DNA of 64,000 nucleotides from SAR324 cluster bacterium (GTDB lineage Bacteria; SAR324; NAC60-12). A model generated the notes under the pieces. The model did not search any database, had not been told where the DNA came from, and saw nothing but the letters and a program-made list of their open reading frames with translations. The stretch lies in the NCBI GenBank assembly GCA_015232315.1, contig JADFZZ010000003.1, forward strand, positions 156,732 to 220,731, read 5' to 3'. The translations under genes were made by a program, and so were the position numbers. Each line of letters opens with the position of its first letter. The first letter of the stretch is position 1. Shown here piece after piece: positions 18,290 through 25,944 of the stretch.

Positions 18290-18547
18290 GTGAGAAAAAT
18301 GAAAATTTTAAATTTTGAAACCAATGATATAAAAAATAAGCTGAAACTAGACAGTATGCCCAACGGGAATCTATTTGTCGGATTGGTGGTCTGCCTCCTT
18401 GGTTTTTGGGGACTCTATGTCTGGTGGTGGTCTGTTGCGGAAGTGTTACGGGGAGTTGTGCCCATTATCCTTATTTTATTCGGTTTGGTTGCAATTGGCG
18501 CAGGTATCTCTAAAAAACAAACCAATAACCAGGTCGATGAAAAATAA
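18290..18547 (+). CDS. mamI: MamI (copy 1)
   Basis: Two-TM hairpin with the hallmark GFWGLYVWWWSVAEVLRGVVPI, matching GLWSLFIWWWSVAEFLRGFTPI in copy 2. The start is uncertain (GTG 18290, ATG 18299 or ATG 18356). Confidence 0.8.
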   Translation: MRKMKILNFETNDIKNKLKLDSMPNGNLFVGLVVCLLGFWGLYVWWWSVAEVLRGVVPIILILFGLVAIGAGISKKQTNNQVDEK

Positions 18548-18558
18548 AAAAGGCTGTT

Positions 18559-20091
18559 ATGAGTTCTGATACTGGAAATTGTCCCAGAAGATTGCGCAAA
18601 TATTTTTACATGATTCCAATCGCTTCAGTCGCGCTTGTTTTTTTCCTGTACTGGAACGATATGTTCTTTGACAATCGTACTCACAAAGGGACGACCGCAG
18701 AGATGTTCAGTGTGGCCTTCAATGCGTTGACAGGAGGTGATAATCCGACGACTTCTGTACAGGCACGTCAAAATCCAATGCCTTATGCCCAAAATCCTGT
18801 TGCCGTGCCTGTGGCGCAAGCCCCTCAGAATACGATGATATATGGACAACAGCCCTTTGCGAATTCGCCTCAAAATGCCACGACTCTTGCCCAAACTCCC
18901 TTTGTCGTGCCTGTAGTCCAGGCCCCTCAGAATAAGATGAGTTTTGCGCAAACCCCCTATGCTGTTCAGGTTGTTGAATCGCCCTTCACTCGAGTTGCTG
19001 AGTTTGCTAAACAAACTGTAGTGAATATCAGTGCGTTGCGTTTTACCGGTGCGCAACAAAATATGCAACCGGATACTCAGCAACCTACGTTCACCGCACC
19101 ATTCAGTGGTCAGGCCGTTGAAAGTATCGGTTCGGGGGTGATTGTTACGCAAGATGGGTATATTGTTACAAATTTTCATGTTGTTGAAAATGCTGATGAA
19201 ATTTTTGCGACAGTTTTTTTAAATAATGGATCGACCCAGTATCATGCCGATGTCATTCAATTATCTGAACTGCTGGATCTCGCGCTCATCAAAATTGAGC
19301 CGGCGACGCCTTTACAACCGGCACCTTTGAGTGATGAGAATCGCGTCATCAGAGTGGGCGAAGAAGTGTTGGCCATCGGCAGTCCTTTTGGTCTTGATCA
19401 AACAGTGAGCAAAGGAATCATTTCAGGCTTAAAAAAATCAATCCGGATTGATAACATTACCCACAAAAACCTGATCCAGACTGATGCCGCGATTAATCGT
19501 GGAAACTCCGGAGGCCCGCTGGTTGATATGGCCGGTTATGTGATCGGAGTTAACACCGCGATTTTTACTCCAACCGCTTCTTTCGTGGGAATCAGTTTTG
19601 CCATCCCATCGACCGAGGTTATCGAATTTCTGGAAGGTCTCATCACACTCCCCACGGTGCAGCCAAACTTGAACACTCCTGCAACAGCAACTCGAGTCGC
19701 AGGGCAAAAACTACCCTCAGTTATTGGCGAAAATCGCTTTTCAATACCTCCGTATGTTCCTTCGCAGGGGATGAACGTTGCCTTTAATCCCAATGGAAAC
19801 ATTGTGGAGTGGATGGGCGCCGAACTGACCGACATCACAACGGCCATACAAAAGAATTTTAATCTGGATAGCGGTGCGTTTCTGACCAATGTGTATTCCG
19901 GATCGAATGCCGACAAGGCCGGATTGCAACCTGGCGATGTGATATTCAGGGTTGATGGCAGGCCCGTTGGAAATGTCAATGAGCTGATCAATTTTGCTGA
20001 TCAAAATGGCGGTACCGCTCGTGTGTCAGTCATCAGGAATGGTCAAAAACGCAACATTGATATTGATATTGACAACAATAAAGCCCCTTGA
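18559..20091 (+). CDS. mamE: MamE-like HtrA/trypsin-type serine protease with one PDZ domain and no magnetochrome (copy 1)
   Basis: 510 aa: TM, Gln/Pro-rich linker, intact triad contexts TNFHVV / LDLALIKI / GNSGGP, and a C-terminal PDZ (GLQPGDVIFRVDG). No CxxCH motif anywhere in the protein. Confidence 0.85.
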   Translation: MSSDTGNCPRRLRKYFYMIPIASVALVFFLYWNDMFFDNRTHKGTTAEMFSVAFNALTGGDNPTTSVQARQNPMPYAQNPVAVPVAQAPQNTMIYGQQPFANSPQNATTLAQTPFVVPVVQAPQNKMSFAQTPYAVQVVESPFTRVAEFAKQTVVNISALRFTGAQQNMQPDTQQPTFTAPFSGQAVESIGSGVIVTQDGYIVTNFHVVENADEIFATVFLNNGSTQYHADVIQLSELLDLALIKIEPATPLQPAPLSDENRVIRVGEEVLAIGSPFGLDQTVSKGIISGLKKSIRIDNITHKNLIQTDAAINRGNSGGPLVDMAGYVIGVNTAIFTPTASFVGISFAIPSTEVIEFLEGLITLPTVQPNLNTPATATRVAGQKLPSVIGENRFSIPPYVPSQGMNVAFNPNGNIVEWMGAELTDITTAIQKNFNLDSGAFLTNVYSGSNADKAGLQPGDVIFRVDGRPVGNVNELINFADQNGGTARVSVIRNGQKRNIDIDIDNNKAP

Positions 20092-20150
20092 TGAATACAG
20101 TTCCTCAAAAACCAATACAAAAATGACACAGACTCAACTCTAGATTCACA

Positions 20151-20325
20151 TAGATTAGCGTGAGTTCGGGATAATGATTATCATGGAATAGACATTCCCC
20201 TAACCCCTTTCCAAGGGGGAATTATGAAGCAATCCACCGAGATAATCCCCTTTGAGGGGGGCTTGGGGGGGCAATGCGGATTTAATTCGCTTTAATTTCT
20301 TAATCCCGAACTCACGTTAGATTAG
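20151..20325. repeat. MITE-like element related to family 1 (variant with its own termini)
   Basis: Terminal inverted repeats are agattagcgtgagttcggga / tcccgaactcacgttagatt. It contains the family hairpins cccctaacccctttccaaggggg and cccctttgagggggg, but in swapped order. Confidence 0.7.
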
Positions 20326-20362
20326 AAATATCCACCAAATTAGAAAACGTGGCAGGAAAGCA

Positions 20363-21118
20363 ATGAATGATTTAAGTAAATATTTTTTGCCAATGGCGTT
20401 GCTCATTTTTGCGGGTATTCTCCTAGTCAACCTGTTTGATTCACCCGATTATGAGAAGGTCAGGGAACCGGTCGAGTCTGAGCCTGTCACCGCCAAAGAG
20501 GTAGTAGGCATGCCGGTCGCCATGACGGCTCCCATGACCACAAATCCCACGGTGCCTTCCTATATTTCCCCCACGATACAATTGGCGGAAGGGCATTGGC
20601 AGGGCATGGAAACGATTCCCCTGTCCGTTGAAATTAAAAAAAAGCTGAATATTCCCCTGTCAATGGAAGGCGTTCTCATTGATGAAGTGACACTGAGTTC
20701 CTTCGAGTCAGGTGTGGTCGCTGGTGATATCCTGGTTGCGATTGCCCGGAATAAAGTTAGAACCATTGAAGATGTAGAGCGACTTTCAAAACAGGTAAGA
20801 GAATCAAGCAGTGTTTTATTAACGGTGGTCAGAAAGAACAGAACTTTAGAATTTGTACTTAAAAGCAAAGATATTTTGGGGTTTTCACAATCTGAAACCG
20901 CACCGATGATTCTCCCCAGTGATATCATGCCGCATCCCTATCGTGGGGAGTGTGTGAGTTGCCATCCTATCGGAACAATTGGGCATATCACACCTGACCC
21001 TGACGGGATTCCGTTACCTGTACCAACTATCAGGGTAGGGGCCGTCAGTCCGCATAGAGATCGAGGTCCCTGTGAGGCCTGCCATGTGATAATAGCCAAT
21101 AAACAGACATTGAGATAG
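20363..21118 (+). CDS. mamP: MamP-like (or MamE-Cter-like) PDZ protein with two magnetochrome domains
   Basis: 251 aa: N-terminal TM, a PDZ (GVVAGDILVAIARNKV), then PHPYRGECVSCHPIG and PHRDRGPCEACHVI (two CxxCH units in magnetochrome context). RBS GGCAGGAAAG. Confidence 0.75.
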   Translation: MNDLSKYFLPMALLIFAGILLVNLFDSPDYEKVREPVESEPVTAKEVVGMPVAMTAPMTTNPTVPSYISPTIQLAEGHWQGMETIPLSVEIKKKLNIPLSMEGVLIDEVTLSSFESGVVAGDILVAIARNKVRTIEDVERLSKQVRESSSVLLTVVRKNRTLEFVLKSKDILGFSQSETAPMILPSDIMPHPYRGECVSCHPIGTIGHITPDPDGIPLPVPTIRVGAVSPHRDRGPCEACHVIIANKQTLR

Positions 21119-21216
21119 TTTTGAGGTGTTGAGATAGTATTCTGTGATTTTCTCATGTTTGTGATGCGATGCGTCCTTAAATTTTTATTACTATTAACCC
21201 CCGGGATTTAAATTTT

Positions 21217-21987
21217 ATGGTGGAGGAATACCAATCTCCGTTAGAGGACAAAAAAGAACGTTTCCAGCGCATGAAGGAGATGGCGGAACGGTTGTTCCAT
21301 GAGATAAAGCCCAAGAAAAAACCACTTCAGATCAAGCGCCAGGGACCTGTCATTTGGGTTTCTATTTTAGCGGCCATCGTGTTGCTGGTGACGGTCCTTA
21401 TCGAGATCAATATTTTTATTCTTAATGAAGAGAAGGCGCTGGCGGCAACGGCTAATGTGCAAACATCGTTGCAACGCCGGGCGGATTTGTTTGTGAATAT
21501 TGTCAATGTGGCACTCAACCAGGCTGTGCTGGAATATGAATTAATCCAGTATGTCGCGGATTCACGATCTCAACTTACAAAAGTGAAGGATCTCGACACG
21601 GCAAAGCTAAAGCTGGAGGCTATCGAAAACCTGAAAAAAGGTTCCCCCTCCGAATTTTCTATGACCAAACTGACAGCGTTGGTGGAACAATACCCTCAAA
21701 TAAAATTTTCATCGACTTACGCCTTATTGATTAATCAGTTGATGGAAATGGAAAACCAGATTACCAGAAGGCGAGTGCTTCAAAATGAAGCTATACGGAT
21801 GTATAACACTGCAATCACTCAATTCCCCTGGAATTATCTTGCGCAGATGACTGGCTTTCATCATTATCAGTACTATGAAATGAAAGACAAAACGTCGCAC
21901 ACTGTTCCCGTTTTACAGTCGGATATGTTTAATGAATTATTGCCTGACGTAACACGTTCCACGAACCAACCACCGGTTAACGAATAA
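21217..21987 (+). CDS. mamQ: MamQ (LemA family), copy 1
   Basis: 256 aa: N-terminal TM and LemA core (LQRRADLFVNIVN...YPQIKFSSTY...RRRVLQNEAIRMYNTAITQFPWN). Paralogue of 36070-36813. Confidence 0.85.
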   Translation: MVEEYQSPLEDKKERFQRMKEMAERLFHEIKPKKKPLQIKRQGPVIWVSILAAIVLLVTVLIEINIFILNEEKALAATANVQTSLQRRADLFVNIVNVALNQAVLEYELIQYVADSRSQLTKVKDLDTAKLKLEAIENLKKGSPSEFSMTKLTALVEQYPQIKFSSTYALLINQLMEMENQITRRRVLQNEAIRMYNTAITQFPWNYLAQMTGFHHYQYYEMKDKTSHTVPVLQSDMFNELLPDVTRSTNQPPVNE

Positions 21988-22004
21988 ATCAAGGTTGTAT
22001 AAAA

Positions 22005-22472
22005 ATGGCCAAAGACAAGAAAAAAGGAAGGAATCAAATCATCCTTATACTGGTGTTGATCGCCTTGGTAATTTCCGGTGGAACAGGTGTTATTTTAAGG
22101 CATGAACTGACTCATCGTGAGGCCGGTTTGATTTTTGGACATTTCCCGAAACCCACAGAACCTCGTTTGATGCAACCCATCGTCAATCGGGTACTGGGCA
22201 CAGAACCTAAAAAAGTTCTCATTAGACGCATTCCTAAAATCAGTAGCAATATGCGCATGCCTCATGCCTACTGGGGGGAATGCAGTAGATGTCATTTGTA
22301 CAGTGATAAAACGGTCAATTATAGCGCGACACCAGTAGGAAAGTTACTGGGAGAAGTTTCATCCATTAAAAAAGTAGGTCCACGCATCAGGCCTGATTCA
22401 TTCATGCCCCATCCTGCCGCAGGGCGATGTATCATGTGTCATGATATTGTCATAGACAGTAGTAAATCTTAA
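22005..22472 (+). CDS. mamT: MamT-like double-magnetochrome protein
   Basis: 155 aa: TM, then MPHAYWGECSRCHLY and MPHPAAGRCIMCHDIV (two CxxCH units preceded by P-H). Confidence 0.6.
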   Translation: MAKDKKKGRNQIILILVLIALVISGGTGVILRHELTHREAGLIFGHFPKPTEPRLMQPIVNRVLGTEPKKVLIRRIPKISSNMRMPHAYWGECSRCHLYSDKTVNYSATPVGKLLGEVSSIKKVGPRIRPDSFMPHPAAGRCIMCHDIVIDSSKS

Positions 22473-22543
22473 TTCATCTCAATGGTGTCACCTCTCCAAA
22501 ATCATCTGGTCGTCAACTGTTGCACTTATAAAAGAGATCAATC

Positions 22544-23869
22544 ATGTCAATGATCGCAAGCTGGCTCTGGAATCCTCTGCTCAGCTTTATATATATTGAA
22601 CTGGGTGTGCTGATACTCGTCCTCACTGGATTTGCCGCCTGGCGTAACGTGATTCCAGCTCTAAGGAACAGTTGGACGCAAAGAAACCTCCATAAAAAAC
22701 AAGAGGATGACCATGCTCGTTATATCTCACCTGTTCATGGATTTTTTGCCGCACTGGCCGCAAGCGTTGGCGTTGGTAATTTAGCGGGTGTCGGTACTGC
22801 CATTCATCTGGGAGGCCCGGGGGCCTTGTTCTGGATGTGGGTTTCAGCACTGGTTGGGATGAGTTTTCGTTTGTGTTCTGTCTGGTTGGCAATGCGTTAT
22901 CAAAGCGAGGATCACACAGATCTGGCTTATGCAACGCCCATGTCCTACTTGCAACGATTACAACCGGGTTGGGCCTGGATTCCTGTGGCGTTGGCCACCC
23001 TGTTGATGGTTAAGGGCTTTATCACCTCCAATCTGATTCAATCCAACTCCGTTGCTCATGCGTTGCAGGACGAATTGGGAATTTCCAGTTTTCTGGTTGC
23101 AATCTGCATGTCTGCTCTGGTGGCGTTTGTGATTCTTGGCGGGATGCAGAGAATCGTAGATTTCAGTGTGACAGTGGCGCCCTGGATGGTGCTGGTTTAT
23201 TTCATTGGTGGAATGGTCATTTTATTATCAAACCTGTCAGCCACTGTTCAGGTTATTGGTCTGGTTTTTAAGCATGCTTTCACACCTTATTCCGCCACTG
23301 GTGGACTGATTGGTTATGGCGTTCTGCAAAGCATCCAGTTTGGAACATCCAGAGGCATTTTTTCGCATGCCTCTGGAATCGGAGTTGCCCCGTTTCTTCA
23401 TGCAACGAATAATGCCAGTAAAAAGGATAATGCCTATCTTGCCGCATTTGTTCCCGTTGTAGATACCTTGATTGTCTGTTCGGTGACAGGCCTGGTCATC
23501 CTGACTGTTGGAAACTGGACCCGGTTCAATGGTGCCTATTTAACCTCTTCCTCTTTTCAGTCGTTTTATGGAAACTGGGGCGTTGTGATGCTCATGACTT
23601 GTTTGGTCGTCTTTGCGTTCACCACCATGATCAGTTGGGCCTATTATTCTGAACGATGTTATCAATACCTTGGCGGAACAAGAATCCGGGCATTCCGTTG
23701 GTTCTTTGTGTTCATCACGTTTTGCGGTCCTTTTCTTCCAGTTCGCCTGATTTGGTCAGTTGCGGATATCATGATTGGATTGGTCATTATTATCCATCTC
23801 TTCCCTCTGGTTTATCTGGTTCTACAGCATCGAGATGATTTACTGAGAGAATTGGTTGGCGATCACTGA
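22544..23869 (+). CDS. Alanine/glycine:cation symporter (AGCS) family transporter
   Basis: 441 aa. Signature ALAASVGVGNLAGVGTAIHLGGPGALFWMW. Polytopic membrane protein. Confidence 0.8.
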   Translation: MSMIASWLWNPLLSFIYIELGVLILVLTGFAAWRNVIPALRNSWTQRNLHKKQEDDHARYISPVHGFFAALAASVGVGNLAGVGTAIHLGGPGALFWMWVSALVGMSFRLCSVWLAMRYQSEDHTDLAYATPMSYLQRLQPGWAWIPVALATLLMVKGFITSNLIQSNSVAHALQDELGISSFLVAICMSALVAFVILGGMQRIVDFSVTVAPWMVLVYFIGGMVILLSNLSATVQVIGLVFKHAFTPYSATGGLIGYGVLQSIQFGTSRGIFSHASGIGVAPFLHATNNASKKDNAYLAAFVPVVDTLIVCSVTGLVILTVGNWTRFNGAYLTSSSFQSFYGNWGVVMLMTCLVVFAFTTMISWAYYSERCYQYLGGTRIRAFRWFFVFITFCGPFLPVRLIWSVADIMIGLVIIIHLFPLVYLVLQHRDDLLRELVGDH

Positions 23870-24285
23870 GAAAAACCTCTGTTGATAAATCCGGTTAAAA
23901 TCATTCAGCATCGGTGTAATGGCATGAAATCATTCATGTAATCTGTTTTTTTTTGGGGGGGGTAGTAAAAAGATTTGTCCATAAAAATGTTTTTTATCAT
24001 GAATAAAAATATATTAAATATATAGTTTATTGTTGAAATTGTTGCATCAATTGGCTATCTACCCAGTGGGTACAGATTGCACTGTTTTTTATTCCTTTGA
24101 TCTCATCAGGGGGTGGCTTGGAAGTTGCTCATGCTGATTTTGTTTGTGCAATCAGAAAACAGGAGTTCCGTAAAACTCCCGTTTGCTCATTTGCATGAAG
24201 TAGTAACAGTAACTGTTCTCGTCGAAAAATCAGATGAGAAAATTGGTACTTACGTACCGTAATCGTTGAATAATAAGGAGACGAT

Positions 24286-24528
24286 ATGATTGATAAATTG
24301 GGTGATCTTGTTGAGTATGGTATAGAAGGGATCGAATATATTGGCACGGGTTGCAAAACAGTTGCCGGATGTGACTCTTATAGTTTTTATACTGGCACAA
24401 AAGCCGCGGCGTTTTTTGGTATCGGGGGAATCGGTTTTTCAGTGCTTGGACCGGCAATCTTGCTTTTGCTGGCTGTAGGTGGAGTGTATTGGTGGTATCT
24501 GAGCAATCAACCCGGTGAGGTTGAATAG
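24286..24528 (+). CDS. Small membrane protein, unknown function
   Basis: Strong RBS AAGGAGA 6 nt upstream. 80 aa with a Gly-rich C-terminal TM, AAFFGIGGIGFSVLGPAILLLLAVGGVYWWYL. Confidence 0.5.
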   Translation: MIDKLGDLVEYGIEGIEYIGTGCKTVAGCDSYSFYTGTKAAAFFGIGGIGFSVLGPAILLLLAVGGVYWWYLSNQPGEVE

Positions 24529-24680
24529 GAACAAACTACAGGTTTCTTTATGGTGGAAACCTTTGTAAAACCCGCGTTTGCGGGAACGAGGCCCAGCTTC
24601 GTAAGTAGGAACCGTGCCCTATGTCACAGGGCATGTTCAAAAATCCTTGATGTGATTAAAACTAAATTTAGAGGAATGAT

Positions 24681-25007
24681 ATGCCTGAATCAAAGGTTTT
24701 GGAAAGTGAGTTTACGATGAAATCGTATGTATTAGCGTTCATGAGTTATCTTGGCATTTTATGTTTGGTGCCAATCCTGTTGAATAAGGATGATGAATAT
24801 GTTTATTTCCATGCCCGGCAAGGATTAGTATTGTGGATATGGAGCGTCATTGCGATTTTCGCACTCTATATTCCTGTCATTGGACAATTCTTCTTCGGCT
24901 TATCTGCTTTTATCATCTTAATATATTCATTTGTCGGGATAACTTCCGTATTGCTGGCCAAAGCCTGGAAACTTCCGTTTGTTGGTGATTGGTCAGAAAA
25001 ATTATAA
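24681..25007 (+). CDS. Small multi-TM protein, DUF4870-like
   Basis: RBS AGAGGAA. 108 aa. ...LNKDDEYVYFHARQGLVLWIW... resembles the F-H-A-x-Q motif of DUF4870-type membrane proteins. Confidence 0.55.
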   Translation: MPESKVLESEFTMKSYVLAFMSYLGILCLVPILLNKDDEYVYFHARQGLVLWIWSVIAIFALYIPVIGQFFFGLSAFIILIYSFVGITSVLLAKAWKLPFVGDWSEKL

Positions 25008-25138
25008 AAAAAGAGATGAGATCGGAGTTCAACTCACAAAATGCTCCCTTGAAGTCAGTTGGTTTTTAGTCGAAAAAACTATGGATCAACTGATTTTCGT
25101 CCATATCCAATAATGTATTCTCATGATAATCAATTTTT

Positions 25139-25325
25139 AGAGCTGTGCAGGTACTTTTTTAGCCACGAAGTACACGAAGAACACAAAGTAAAAAAGGGAA
25201 TATGCACCAGAAAACTTGAAAATCAGGGTTTCACGGAGGACTTCATTTATATAAAAAACCTTTTTTTTCGTGTTCTTAGCGTTCTTAGCGGCTCATTTTC
25301 AAACCCACCTGCACAGCTCGAATAA
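25139..25325 (+). repeat. MITE-like palindromic element, family 2, copy 2
   Basis: Near-identical to 4321-4513. Termini are gagctgtgcaggt / acctgcacagctc. Track ORF 25059-25325 merely reads through it. Confidence 0.85.
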
Positions 25326-25749
25326 TTTGAGGATGAAATCCTGTGACCGGTCACCACGGTAGTTCACTTCTTCTGATACAGCAGGAGTTTTCTACATAAA
25401 AAACATGAGAGCATGGTTCTGAGAATACATGCGTCATAGCTGAAAATTTGTTAGAGGTGTTTTTATTCAGACATTAACAATCAATATCCCCTTAACAGCG
25501 TAATAAATGTGTAGTCTGAGCAGGAAAAAATTCTTTTTTGAAAGTTAAACCAATCCCAGACAGAAAACGTTAGTTTTGGCGCCCCTGGAAGCCGGATCAA
25601 GTCCGGCATGACAATCACTCCACAGTGTCATTCCGGGCGAAGACCCGGAATCCAGAAAATTCCACAAAACTACACATTTCTGCTTAGGTTTGGTTTATTT
25701 CAGAATTGTGTCATGTTTCGGTGCTAAGTATAAAAAATGGAGTTGTGAT

Positions 25750-25944
25750 ATGCCAAGTATAGTTGTAGGAACATTGTCTTTTGCTTTAGGATTGTGGAGT
25801 TTGTTCATTTGGTGGTGGTCTGTGGCTGAATTTTTACGGGGATTCACACCTATCGCTCTCATATTGTTCGGACTGATTGCCATAGGCGCATCAATGTCCA
25901 CAAAGGAAAACAGGACAAAGGACAAAAAGGATAATGACTTATGA
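25750..25944 (+). CDS. mamI: MamI (copy 2)
   Basis: ATG 25750 lies 7 nt after GGAG. 64 aa: MPSIVVGTLSFALGLWSLFIWWWSVAEFLRGFTPIALILFGLIAIG. The stop overlaps the mamE-2 start (ATGA). Confidence 0.85.
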   Translation: MPSIVVGTLSFALGLWSLFIWWWSVAEFLRGFTPIALILFGLIAIGASMSTKENRTKDKKDNDL

